Shown here: positions 10,371-19,728 of the stretch, piece after piece | Layout of the letters: every line of letters begins with the position of its first letter | Numbering within the stretch: the first letter of the stretch is position 1 | Translations under genes and position numbers: made by a program | Notes under the pieces: generated by a model | Told to the model about the DNA's origin: nothing | What the model saw: the letters and a program-made list of their open reading frames with translations, nothing else | Databases searched by the model: none | Virus record (IMG/VR): IMGVR_UViG_3300016662_000096 | Coordinates: 1 to 47,597 of that record | Length of the DNA stretch: 47,597 nucleotides | DNA from: a virus | Lineage: Duplodnaviria > Caudoviricetes | Strand: one strand, 5' to 3'

Positions 10371-10395
10371 CCCTAATATTTTTAGATTTTTTTAA

Positions 10396-11676
10396 TTAGA
10401 ACAATTTCTGATTACAAACTGTGATTGCTGGTACATAAGCACCGGAAGTACCGCTGCAAATACCAAGAGACTGCTGAATTCTAGTGCATTGTGCAGTATA
10501 GAATTTCCATCTCGCACAAGCACAAGATTCGGTCACACCTACATAACACTTAAATGCTGGTGTTGAGCATGAAAGATTGCTGCAAGACTTGGTCGGAGTT
10601 GTTGATTCTTCGTACAGAGCCAAAACAGATTGATTTCCGCTGATTTCTATCCAACCAACTTTATCAGTAAGGATTTGCACGGGAGAAGAAGTCGATACGG
10701 TATTTTCATTTCCAAGTTGACCTTCATCATTATAACCCCAAGCCCATAAACTGCCATCGGCTTTGATGCCATAGGAAGTTCTGCGGCTTGCCGCCACATA
10801 GGACCAACTTGTTTCGCTGCCAATTTGTATTGGCGAAGATTTGTATATAGTTGTATTGTCTCCAAGCTGGCCATCATCGTTTCTGCCCCATGCCCACAAT
10901 GTGCCGTTAGATTTAATTGCCAAAGCAAAAGCTTGATTGTTCTCTGGACTCAAAGAAATCTGTTTCCAAGTATCAGAGCCGATCTGAACTGGAGATGATC
11001 TGCTGTCTGTGGTTCCGTCGCCGAGAATGCCGTAGTTGTTTTCTCCCCAAGCGTACAATGATCCATCGTTTTTTATTGCCGCCATGCAGTACTCGCCGCA
11101 ACTGACTTGTGCCCAATTGGTGTCGCTGCCGATTTGTATTGGGCTGGACCGGTTGTCCGCTGGCCAAGAGTCTGAATTATTGCCGAAAACGCCGTCATAA
11201 TTGTTTCCCCAAATCCAGAGGGTGCCATTTTCCTTAATTGCCGCACCAAAACCCTCGCCTGTTGCAAATTCAGCCCAATCAGAATCAGCACCCACTTGGA
11301 CTGGAGAAGATTTATTTACGGTTGTATTATCTCCTAAAATTCCGTTATAGTTAACGCCCCAAGACCACAAAGTGTTGTTGTTTTTCTTGGCAAAAGCATG
11401 AACTCCATTGGTTTTTACATCGACCCAAACGCTATTGAGTCCGATTTGCACAGGAGAAGAAATATTGACTGTTGTTCCATTCCCCAAAGTTCCACCATAA
11501 TTTTCTCCCCAAGACCACATGGTGCCGTCTTGTTTAATTGCGAAACCTGCATTTCGACAACTGACTTTTGCCCAATTATCTGTGTCGCCAATCTGAACAG
11601 GGGATGACTTATCGTCAGTCGTGCCGTCTCCCAAAATGCCGTTAAAGTTTACGCCCCAAGAAAAAAGTTTAGCCAT
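10396..11676 (-). CDS. RCC1/BLIP-II repeat beta-propeller with Cys-rich C-terminal module; probable virion appendage
   Basis: About 7 repeats of W.WG.N..G.LGD.T....SSPVQIG, plus a 62-aa 8-Cys tail. Confidence 0.85.
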   Translation of the reverse strand: MAKLFSWGVNFNGILGDGTTDDKSSPVQIGDTDNWAKVSCRNAGFAIKQDGTMWSWGENYGGTLGNGTTVNISSPVQIGLNSVWVDVKTNGVHAFAKKNNNTLWSWGVNYNGILGDNTTVNKSSPVQVGADSDWAEFATGEGFGAAIKENGTLWIWGNNYDGVFGNNSDSWPADNRSSPIQIGSDTNWAQVSCGEYCMAAIKNDGSLYAWGENNYGILGDGTTDSRSSPVQIGSDTWKQISLSPENNQAFALAIKSNGTLWAWGRNDDGQLGDNTTIYKSSPIQIGSETSWSYVAASRRTSYGIKADGSLWAWGYNDEGQLGNENTVSTSSPVQILTDKVGWIEISGNQSVLALYEESTTPTKSCSNLSCSTPAFKCYVGVTESCACARWKFYTAQCTRIQQSLGICSGTSGAYVPAITVCNQKLF

Positions 11677-11699
11677 GATGTCCCCATAGAAAATAGTTT

Positions 11700-11730
11700 G
11701 GGGTCTGATTTCTCAGACCCCTTTTTTTTT
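11700..11730. terminator. Stable hairpin with T tract on + strand
   Basis: GGGGTCTGA-TTTC-TCAGACCCC followed by T9. The loop reads GAAA on the - strand. Confidence 0.6.
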
Positions 11731-11734
11731 ATTA

Positions 11735-12997
11735 TTAGAACAATTTCTGATTACAAACTGTGATTGCTGGTACATAAGCACCGGAAGTACCGCTGCAAAT
11801 ACCAAGAGACTGTTGAATTCTAGTACACTGTGCGGTGTAGAACTTCCATTTTGCACAAGCGCACGATTCAGTCACGCCAACATAGCATTTAAATGCTGGT
11901 GTTGGGCATGAAAGACTGCTACAAGACTTGGAAGGAGGCGATTCGGCTGCTAACGCTACTGTGTGTTCAAGTCCGGCTGATACTGCTTTCCAACCAGATG
12001 CTTGACCATAAATTTGGACGGGAGATGATTTGTCTGCAACGGTGTCATCACCGAGTTGACCCTCAGTATTATAGCCCCATGCCCAGACTGTATTATCGCT
12101 TCTTAGTGCAACTGTATATTCATAACCACAGCTTACCTCGTCCCAAGAGCCAGAAACTTGGACTGGCGATGAGGTGTCTGTGGTGTCGTTTTGTCCGAGT
12201 TGACCCACATCATTATAGCCCCATATATAAAGACTATCGTCATTTTTTATTGCTGCTGAATGACCAATGCCAGCTTCGACAAACTTCCAGTCAGATGCGT
12301 TGCCGATTTGGACAGGAGAAGAATAAAAAACGATGTTTCCAAGTCCGAGTTGACCCACATCATTTGCACCCCAACCCCACAAAGTACCATTGCTCTTGAT
12401 GCCTAATGTGTAATTATAACCAGTAGAAATCATATTCCAATTGTCGTTTCCGAGTTGGACTGGCGAGGATCGATTTACATCATCGTTCAAACCTAATTGT
12501 CCGTTGTAGTTGCTGCCCCACAAGAAAAGTTTCTTAGCAGTATCAATTGCGGCTCCGTGAAATGTATTGATTGATGCGCTAGACCAGTTCTTTGTTCCCA
12601 TTTGAGTTGGAGATGATCTATCTACAACATCATTATGCCCGAGTTGGCCTTCATTGTTTTCGCCCCAAGTATGAAGTTTATTGCTGCTGTCAATCGCACA
12701 AGCCGTCGAATCTTCTGTTTTAGAGCAACCGCCGATTGACTTCCAAGTTTTTCCCTGTGCAATATGCACAGGACTTGAGACATCGTTAGTGGTTAAATTT
12801 CCTAAAGCACCGTCCGAACCGTCTCCCCAAGTCCAAAGCGAACCATCGTCTTTTAAAGCAACGGTAAAATTTCTACCGCTCTTAATCGATTTCCATGTTG
12901 ATCCGAGAGTGATTGTTTGAACTGGAGAAGAACGATCAGTTTCACCTCCATCACCAATTTGACCCGCAGAATTATCTCCCCAAAGCCATAGTTTCAT
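11735..12997 (-). CDS. RCC1/BLIP-II repeat beta-propeller with Cys-rich C-terminal module
   Basis: About 7 W.WG.N..GQLG.....SSPVQ repeats. Tail nearly identical to that of 10396..11676. Confidence 0.85.
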   Translation of the reverse strand: MKLWLWGDNSAGQIGDGGETDRSSPVQTITLGSTWKSIKSGRNFTVALKDDGSLWTWGDGSDGALGNLTTNDVSSPVHIAQGKTWKSIGGCSKTEDSTACAIDSSNKLHTWGENNEGQLGHNDVVDRSSPTQMGTKNWSSASINTFHGAAIDTAKKLFLWGSNYNGQLGLNDDVNRSSPVQLGNDNWNMISTGYNYTLGIKSNGTLWGWGANDVGQLGLGNIVFYSSPVQIGNASDWKFVEAGIGHSAAIKNDDSLYIWGYNDVGQLGQNDTTDTSSPVQVSGSWDEVSCGYEYTVALRSDNTVWAWGYNTEGQLGDDTVADKSSPVQIYGQASGWKAVSAGLEHTVALAAESPPSKSCSSLSCPTPAFKCYVGVTESCACAKWKFYTAQCTRIQQSLGICSGTSGAYVPAITVCNQKLF

Positions 12998-13005
12998 ATT
13001 ACTCC

Positions 13006-13800
13006 TTATAGAATTTTTTGATTACAAACGGTTATCGCTGGCACAAATGCACCTGTGTTTCCTTGGCAAATGCCAAGTGATTGCAAAATCCTAGTGCAGG
13101 CAGGTGCAAAATACTTCCAATTCGTGCATTCACATAGTGATGTTCCCACTAAACATTTGAAAGCAGGCACATCACAAGCTTGTGCGCTGCAAGTTTTTTC
13201 GCCGGGTCGATCACTTATTTTAAGATTTGTAAAATACGCCGTGGTACTATCTTCATTATCTTGATCGGCATCGAATCCAATTCTAAAAATTCCTTCTGGT
13301 AATACTTCATTCAATACAATTTCGCTTAAAAAATCACCATAAACTGTATCGCCAGTAAAAGTCTTTGCCGAAACTTTTCCAGCACTACGGTCATATGTCA
13401 AAAGAACTGTGTAATGTCCATAAGAAGGAAGGATGTTTTCTCCAAACCCTCCAACTGAATTGTACAAACCATCGAGTTGAGGTGACCCACAGTCAAATTT
13501 AAATGATATGCAGTTGGCTCCTGCTCCCCAATCGAATGTGGGAGCAACACTTGTGTTGTAAAAAGCCACCACATGATCGGGGCAATCGCTGTTATAATTG
13601 ATTGTAAATGTGACTTCTACAACACGATCTTGTGAATAATTGAATTTTGTTCTGACTGGATATGCAACATTGCCTTCAGTAATATTTCCAACAAAAAACA
13701 TACCATCATTGCCAAATCCAAAATTGACTCCTTCGACAGTTTTGTCGGGAGTTGTATGTGTTTCAAGCCAATACGGTTGACTTTTAAGATCAGTTTGCAC
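13006..13800 (-). CDS. Beta-sandwich (lectin/ConA-like?) protein with the same Cys-rich C-terminal module
   Basis: GTG start after AAGGAG. Tail KTCSAQACDVPAFKCLVG...AFVPAITVCNQKIL. Confidence 0.65.
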   Translation of the reverse strand: MQTDLKSQPYWLETHTTPDKTVEGVNFGFGNDGMFFVGNITEGNVAYPVRTKFNYSQDRVVEVTFTINYNSDCPDHVVAFYNTSVAPTFDWGAGANCISFKFDCGSPQLDGLYNSVGGFGENILPSYGHYTVLLTYDRSAGKVSAKTFTGDTVYGDFLSEIVLNEVLPEGIFRIGFDADQDNEDSTTAYFTNLKISDRPGEKTCSAQACDVPAFKCLVGTSLCECTNWKYFAPACTRILQSLGICQGNTGAFVPAITVCNQKIL

Positions 13801-13865
13801 AAATCTCCTTAATCTTATATCTCCTATATTTATGCAAAATGCACAAATATGATAAACTCAAGGAT

Positions 13866-14411
13866 TTACAATTTAATTTTTCCCTGTCTTTTGGTGAGAA
13901 ATATTTGTTTTATCTCGTCTATTGAGTCGCCTGCATTACGGTGTAAAATGCCAAGACCGCCAGCATTAGTCCACCCTACGATCTTTTCTGGAGTATCATC
14001 AATTAAAATGTGTCGTGGTTTGGCATATATGTATTTTTCACTTTCCATGATGACTCTGCTTTTTGGTAAATCAAGATGGCTGGCACACCATTTATATTTA
14101 CCAGCCACTATATGAGGATCACGATGGTGGGTTGCAGCGGTCAATATCATTGGCTCATAAGGTAAAAGATAAGTCCAAAGTTCTTTGCCATCCTTCATCC
14201 AATGCAATTTTTGAAAAAAATCTTCCATATCAACATCTGATTCTTCTAGCTTGTCAAGTAGTTCCTGTATTTTTTGATTAGAAATGCTTTTTTCTATTCC
14301 AAAATGATCTGATATACCACGCTCCAGATCAACAAGAACTCCGTCCAAGTCACAAAAGATTTTGTAACCAATTCCGTTTTCAAGAGCTTCGTTTAACTGA
14401 AAAAAATTCAT
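13866..14411 (-). CDS. HAD-superfamily 5'(3')-deoxyribonucleotidase-like
   Basis: IFCDLDGVLVD, ILTA, GKYKW, ILIDD...WTNAGGLGILH. Confidence 0.8.
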   Translation of the reverse strand: MNFFQLNEALENGIGYKIFCDLDGVLVDLERGISDHFGIEKSISNQKIQELLDKLEESDVDMEDFFQKLHWMKDGKELWTYLLPYEPMILTAATHHRDPHIVAGKYKWCASHLDLPKSRVIMESEKYIYAKPRHILIDDTPEKIVGWTNAGGLGILHRNAGDSIDEIKQIFLTKRQGKIKL

Positions 14412-15172
14412 GACTTGAATCCCATGAATTTGCCGACTTCTCCCATCATCCCTTGTCTCGCTTCGGGTTTTCCCTGACTATTTCCTAATGGTTCAGAAAC
14501 AGAAGAATCCTGTGGCTTATCAGGCAACTGACTTGGAACTTCTTTTGGTTCTTCATGTGTTTCAGGAATTTCAGGTTCGTGATTTATTTCGCCTTTGATT
14601 CCTTTGAGCAAAATATCAACCACATGAATAATTGTTGAAACAACAAATTCAGTAAAATGTTTACCTAATTCACCATGACCGTGATCATGTTCTCTTTCTT
14701 GTTCTGATGAATCAACATGAATGTCATGGTCTATTTCGTCCCAATTTCTTTCTAATTCTTTTTTCAAATTGGCCAGAACTTTTGGATTTCCCATATGAGA
14801 CATAATATTTTCTTTTTTGAACAAACTATTCAGGCTTTCAAGGTTCTTAAAAGTATTCTTGTAATGATGGATTACTGATTCCATAGAATGATTGATTTTC
14901 CCGCCTTTGGGGTCTTGCAAATGCATGACTGCGCCAAGCCATTTTAATTTTTCCGCTCCAAATTCTTCATGACCGACCCAATTTTCAAGGTGTTGCTTAA
15001 TAAATTCAAGATTTTTGATTGATTCTTCTTTTTCTTGTTGTTCTTTCTTTTCTTGAACTTTTTTCTGTGCTGCACCTAAAGCATCATAATTATGTGCTTG
15101 TAGATGCTCTTGATCTAAAACTTCGGATAATTGCAAATCACGATTTTTAAGCCATTTTTCGAAACTTGTCAT
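14408..15172 (-). CDS. Hypothetical protein with capsid-targeting-like leader
   Basis: 254 aa, AGGAG RBS, starts MTSFEKWLKNRDLQLSE. Confidence 0.7.
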   Translation of the reverse strand: MTSFEKWLKNRDLQLSEVLDQEHLQAHNYDALGAAQKKVQEKKEQQEKEESIKNLEFIKQHLENWVGHEEFGAEKLKWLGAVMHLQDPKGGKINHSMESVIHHYKNTFKNLESLNSLFKKENIMSHMGNPKVLANLKKELERNWDEIDHDIHVDSSEQEREHDHGHGELGKHFTEFVVSTIIHVVDILLKGIKGEINHEPEIPETHEEPKEVPSQLPDKPQDSSVSEPLGNSQGKPEARQGMMGEVGKFMGFKS

Positions 15173-15224
15173 AATACTCTCCTATATTTTCTATATATGG
15201 TGAATTTTAAAAACAAGGAATCAG

Positions 15225-16094
15225 ATGCGTAGTTTTCTTGAATATATTGCCGAAGCAACTCAAGATAATGATTCACAAATTAGAATCGTTGCTTTTCAAG
15301 GTAGCCCTAGAACAATTAAATCCTGTTCTGGTGGAGATGGTAAGACAAAACTTCTTTTAAATAAAGCTTTGGCTACATTAACAAAAGAAGTAAAGATTGA
15401 TTTGATTGATTTGGCAGTTATTGATACGGAACCACAAATTAGGCCATGTAAAGGATGTATAGCAACAAGCAATGGCTTTCATTGCCATTACAAATGTGAT
15501 TGTTATGATAAAAATGATGGCACAAATGATCTTATGCATGAAAAAGATGTATATGGAAAATTAGAAAAAGCTGATGGTTTTGTTGTGTTTACTCCAGTTC
15601 ATTGGTTTGGTCCAAGCAGTCAAGTAAAAGCTTTGTTTGACAGACTTGTTTGCGTTAATTTAACTCTTTCCCGTGAAGATGCCAAAAAACTTTTTGGTAA
15701 AGATGTAAAAGACCCTAAAAAAACAATCGAAGCAGAACAAAGTGGTAAATATCGTGATTTATTGAAAAATCACTATGAAGGTAAAGTTGGAGCTTTTTTC
15801 ATTCACGGCGACGATGGTGCAGACGATTATGTAAATCGTCGTATGCCGTTGAGCATGGCAGATTGCAAAAAATCTGATTATATCGATCCAGTTGGCGCAA
15901 TTATGCCGATTGTCAATCAATGCAGATATTCAGGCATTTTTGTGCCAGAATCCTGCATCGAAGGAAATGTTTTTGGTTACAAAGAAAAATATAGCCAGAA
16001 TAATATTGATGTTAAGAAAAGCGATTTATTTGACAAAGCTATCAATCTTATTGAAAATCTAGTCAAAGAAATCAAGAAAAGAAAATCAGGCTGA
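15225..16094 (+). CDS. Flavodoxin-fold NAD(P)H-dependent FMN reductase / iron-sulfur flavoprotein-like
   Basis: FQGSPR, IRPCKGC...CHYKCDC, ADGFVVFTPVHW, KALFDRL, GKVGAF. Confidence 0.85.
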   Translation: MRSFLEYIAEATQDNDSQIRIVAFQGSPRTIKSCSGGDGKTKLLLNKALATLTKEVKIDLIDLAVIDTEPQIRPCKGCIATSNGFHCHYKCDCYDKNDGTNDLMHEKDVYGKLEKADGFVVFTPVHWFGPSSQVKALFDRLVCVNLTLSREDAKKLFGKDVKDPKKTIEAEQSGKYRDLLKNHYEGKVGAFFIHGDDGADDYVNRRMPLSMADCKKSDYIDPVGAIMPIVNQCRYSGIFVPESCIEGNVFGYKEKYSQNNIDVKKSDLFDKAINLIENLVKEIKKRKSG

Positions 16095-16430
16095 ATTTTC
16101 AATACTTTGTAAATAAAGTTCTTCATCTTTAATATGAACTTCACACAAGTATTCACCAAAGCTTCTTACATTGTCTTCAACAGCTTCGTTGAGGCATCCT
16201 TTTTTGCTGCAAAAACCAGCTTCGTTTTTGGCTTTGGCAATCTTGGCCTGAGCTTTAGATCGATATAATTCAACAAATTCTTCTTCTAGCAAAGCAATAG
16301 GTTTTTGTAGCAACTTGACTTCACGACATATAATTGCAAGTGGAGCATTCAGCTTGATTAGCTTGATAAGTCTGTCGGAACGATTTTCAAGTTGTCGCAA
16401 CGCAATCTGTCGTAATTGTTGACCGGTCAT
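16086..16430 (-). CDS. Hypothetical protein, possible C-terminal Zn-binding motif
   Basis: 114 aa, CSKKGC...LCEVH. Confidence 0.55.
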   Translation of the reverse strand: MTGQQLRQIALRQLENRSDRLIKLIKLNAPLAIICREVKLLQKPIALLEEEFVELYRSKAQAKIAKAKNEAGFCSKKGCLNEAVEDNVRSFGEYLCEVHIKDEELYLQSIENSA

Positions 16431-16823
16431 TCCAATTCTCCTTATGATAAAATGTCACGAATATTCATACCACCTTTAACAGGTGTTTGTCTGCGAGATG
16501 GAGTTTTTATTGTGTCAAATCAAGTGAATGAAAAGTTTATTACATGTTCATGTGGATCATCTGATCATATAATGAGAATGCGATCTTTTTTTTGGCGTGA
16601 TAAAAACGATAAACCAAATGGCGTAGACCTCGCCGTAGAGATTGTTCTAAATCCAGAATATACCCTTGCGAATAGAATCATAGCAGCAATAAAATATATA
16701 TTTTGCTATAAGAAGCAAAATATTCATTTTAGTGATATCATCATGGATGATAAAAATATTGATGACATGATTGAATTTTTGAATGATTTTAAGCAAAAGA
16801 AAAGTTTGTTGAACCAATTGTGA
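16416..16823 (+). CDS. Hypothetical protein (true start probably GTG near 16512)
   Basis: CSCGSSDH motif. GGAG at about 16500 precedes GTG. Confidence 0.55.
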   Translation: MLTGHSNSPYDKMSRIFIPPLTGVCLRDGVFIVSNQVNEKFITCSCGSSDHIMRMRSFFWRDKNDKPNGVDLAVEIVLNPEYTLANRIIAAIKYIFCYKKQNIHFSDIIMDDKNIDDMIEFLNDFKQKKSLLNQL

Positions 16824-16830
16824 GGGCAAA

Positions 16831-17016
16831 ATGGACCAAGATTCGGCAAAAGAATTTTATGATGATCATAAACACCTTTTCGACCAAGCTCTTGATTTGC
16901 GTCTTAAAGGCAAAAATTCTGAAGCCAATCAACTTTACTATCTTCTTAATATGCTTGTAGACAAATGTAAAATTATTGACGAGTTAAATGTTAAATTGAA
17001 AAAGTGCTGGAAGTGA
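16831..17016 (+). CDS. Small hypothetical protein
   Basis: 61 aa, GAGG RBS, packed in + strand run. Confidence 0.55.
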   Translation: MDQDSAKEFYDDHKHLFDQALDLRLKGKNSEANQLYYLLNMLVDKCKIIDELNVKLKKCWK

Positions 17017-17038
17017 CAATTTCCTATGCTACAATTGA

Positions 17039-17485
17039 ATGAAGGGGAGGTTAATCATGTCAACCAAGATCAGCTTGTTTTATAATGATAGAATCCATAT
17101 TTATCAAGAATGTTTTGATGAACAAAATATTTATATCAGTACAAATTATTCCCAAATTCAGGTTACCCAAGAGATTCCCCTTGATGAATTTGTGTGCATG
17201 GTATCATCAATAAATCTTCAATCATTGTTTAAACAAGCAAATATTACTGATGAAAAAATTAAAAATTATGTAGAATTACAAGTGACGAGAAGGGCTAATA
17301 CGGAATGTATTTTTTCACAATTACATGAATCTGTTATTTTTGGAGAAAAGACAGATTCATTCCATGATCAGGTAAATCGGGGAATTGAGTTTTACACAAA
17401 CAAAAGAAACAAACTGCGATCTTTGCTCGAAAAAATAAAAGCCCAAAAACAATGTTATTTTTTGGGGCTGGAAGATTTAGCGTGA
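17039..17485 (+). CDS. Hypothetical protein
   Basis: GGAGG before second ATG (17057). Confidence 0.65.
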   Translation: MKGRLIMSTKISLFYNDRIHIYQECFDEQNIYISTNYSQIQVTQEIPLDEFVCMVSSINLQSLFKQANITDEKIKNYVELQVTRRANTECIFSQLHESVIFGEKTDSFHDQVNRGIEFYTNKRNKLRSLLEKIKAQKQCYFLGLEDLA

Positions 17486-18301
17486 TCGCATTCTCGGCAT
17501 CAAAAAACCCTTTGGTAACAAACCGTTTTCTTTCATTTTGAAGAAAACTTTAGTTTGCAGTCTTCTTACTTCATTTCTAATTTTGGCCTTGTCAACTTCG
17601 CCATCATATTTTTTCCCAAAACTTTTATACCAATGTTTCATCCCATCTTCTTTGGATGCTAGTAACTGAAGCATTTCCGATTCCCGTGCAGTAAGGTTGC
17701 AGATTTCAGATATCTTTTTGACTTCGCTTTCAATATCGCAATATTCTGGTTTCTCTTCTTGATAAAAAACTGTCAAATCAATGTCGGCGTATTCACTAAA
17801 AGAAAAAAGATTAAATGATTTTTCTCGGCGCAATCTTTTTTCATAGTTCTTGAAACGCATAGCACGAATTCTATTGAATATGGAATTGTACACATAGGTC
17901 GTAAAAGAAGCATTTGTAGCATGGGCTAGGTAACCCCATGTCGCCATCCTAATCGCTAACAGACCATCAGTTTCGTAATGTTCCGATTCATCAATTTTCA
18001 AATGCATTATTTTCAAAATGCGAATTACCATAGGATGAAATTGTGTGATTAACAAATTTTCAATTTCACTAGCGTAAAACATAATTTTGCAGTCTTTTAC
18101 AAATTGACTGCGAAATTGTACTGGTAGTTTTTTAGTATATCCTTGTAAATCTTTCATTATTGACATCATGAGGCTAACATGCTTGGTTCGCCTGACACGA
18201 AATCTTTTTGACCATTTCATACAAATCGCATTGCATTTTTTAAGCTTGTCGAAATCAACAAACTTTACAAGCTCTTCCATCGAGATAATTTTGTTTAACA
18301 T
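17477..18301 (-). CDS. Sigma-70-like RNA polymerase sigma factor
   Basis: Region-2-like DGLLAIRMATWGY...ASFTTYVYNSIFNRI and region-4-like LTARESEML. Confidence 0.65.
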   Translation of the reverse strand: MLNKIISMEELVKFVDFDKLKKCNAICMKWSKRFRVRRTKHVSLMMSIMKDLQGYTKKLPVQFRSQFVKDCKIMFYASEIENLLITQFHPMVIRILKIMHLKIDESEHYETDGLLAIRMATWGYLAHATNASFTTYVYNSIFNRIRAMRFKNYEKRLRREKSFNLFSFSEYADIDLTVFYQEEKPEYCDIESEVKKISEICNLTARESEMLQLLASKEDGMKHWYKSFGKKYDGEVDKAKIRNEVRRLQTKVFFKMKENGLLPKGFLMPRMRSR

Positions 18302-18325
18302 TAGTTTGCTCTCGCCTGTTTTACG

Positions 18326-18354
18326 ATCTTAACAAACTTTGAAAGATAATGCAA
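18326..18354 (-). promoter_or_regulatory. Sigma70-type promoter for the sigma-like gene
   Basis: TTGCAT-17 bp-TAAGAT with extended TG. Confidence 0.55.
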
Positions 18355-18355
18355 A

Positions 18356-18907
18356 TCAATTTGGATTAAACTTTAATATGGCAATCAATTGTTTGTAATT
18401 TAAAGTTTTGTGAAGATAATTGTCCATGTGATGTCGGATTGTTGATTGCGATAAATGAAATTGCCCCATATTGCCATTCCGATGTTGTTTTTTAGAAAAA
18501 TTGATTTTTTTATCTTCTAAAATTTGGCTCGGCGTGATTTTAAAGATGTAAATCTTTTCGTAAAAAACCACACAATAATAAAGAAAATCGAAACAATCGG
18601 TCTTGACTTGGCATATGCCAGAATCCCACTCGTAAATTTCTTTCTGATGATCATGCATCAGATTTTTATTTGTTGTTTGGTCTAGAAGCAACTCAACCAT
18701 GTTGTTTTCGTTGATTTTTTCATAGAAACCAAACACTCTTGACGCTTTTACTTCAATTCTTTTGGAACTTGATTTGCAAAATCTGTCGTGACTGTTGTTC
18801 TGTGCTTTTGAATAACCATCCAATCTTGAAATTACACACTCAAAAATTTTTCCAAATGTTTTGCCATCCAAATGGATAAAATTAGTCCTCAAATTGTCTT
18901 CTTGCAT
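18356..18907 (-). CDS. PD-(D/E)xK restriction endonuclease-like protein
   Basis: FGKIFE...HD...RIEVKASR, QVKTDCFD. Confidence 0.6.
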   Translation of the reverse strand: MQEDNLRTNFIHLDGKTFGKIFECVISRLDGYSKAQNNSHDRFCKSSSKRIEVKASRVFGFYEKINENNMVELLLDQTTNKNLMHDHQKEIYEWDSGICQVKTDCFDFLYYCVVFYEKIYIFKITPSQILEDKKINFSKKQHRNGNMGQFHLSQSTIRHHMDNYLHKTLNYKQLIAILKFNPN

Positions 18908-18988
18908 AAAATTGTCTCTGACACATAGAAATCTATTTCAAATTTATTCCATCATAATGATCGGAGTAAATAAAAGACAAGAAAAATT

Positions 18989-19720
18989 TTATTTGTTGTA
19001 CAACCCAAATTTTTGGTCTTCTATTGTTTTGATGTAGTTGGTGAGTTTGTCGAGATAACCACGGTTTCGTAATTCTTTGAAAGCTAAATTTTCTACGCTG
19101 AATTCACCTGATTTTTGAATTCCTGCCGCCCTCATATCCCTTAGCTTTTTCTTTAAGTTTTCAAGCTCATCCATGTCATCGCATTTGCTTGAAATTAAAT
19201 AATCAATCATCTCTTTCAAGTTTTTTATTTTCTTAAGTAAGAACTTGTCGTTTAAGTCAACAGAAACTTTTTCTGGTTTTCTCAACCATTTATTTTGTTT
19301 CAATGAAAACACACCCTGATTAGAGGATGTCGGCTCCCCAATATCTTGTGCGTAGAGTTCAACATTGTAGCCGTAAATCTGAATGTCGTGATTGACAGCC
19401 CACAATGTTTTCTTGTCTTTCAAATAATCATCAAGGATTTGCTTCTCACAGTCGGCAATTTGTTTTTTGTCCACCAATAAATGCAAATCGATGTCGGAGA
19501 AAGGAGTGTAATTATAATTTGCATTTCCGCCTGTAAAAAGGATGTCCTTCACAGCTTTCGCAGGAATGTTGGCAAATTCCTGCCACGCCTTTGCTATCTC
19601 CAGCAAATGTTTACTTACTTCTGGTTTAAGTTCATCTTTTTCCCAGATTTTGGGATTAAGCTGATCGTGGTATTCCAGCGTGGTTTTTTGTTCGGCTATG
19701 AAATTTTTGAAACTAAACAT
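18989..19720 (-). CDS. Pol-beta superfamily nucleotidyltransferase
   Basis: TGGNANYNYTPFSDIDLH, VELY, GEFSVENLAFKELR. Leader MFSFKNFIAE. Confidence 0.85.
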   Translation of the reverse strand: MFSFKNFIAEQKTTLEYHDQLNPKIWEKDELKPEVSKHLLEIAKAWQEFANIPAKAVKDILFTGGNANYNYTPFSDIDLHLLVDKKQIADCEKQILDDYLKDKKTLWAVNHDIQIYGYNVELYAQDIGEPTSSNQGVFSLKQNKWLRKPEKVSVDLNDKFLLKKIKNLKEMIDYLISSKCDDMDELENLKKKLRDMRAAGIQKSGEFSVENLAFKELRNRGYLDKLTNYIKTIEDQKFGLYNK

Positions 19721-19728
19721 TAAATTAT

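Noticed and set aside
10396-11930. Diversity-generating retroelement TR/VR pair
   Set aside because: Both copies are coding tails, differences are mostly synonymous and not adenine-specific, and no reverse transcriptase is in the window.
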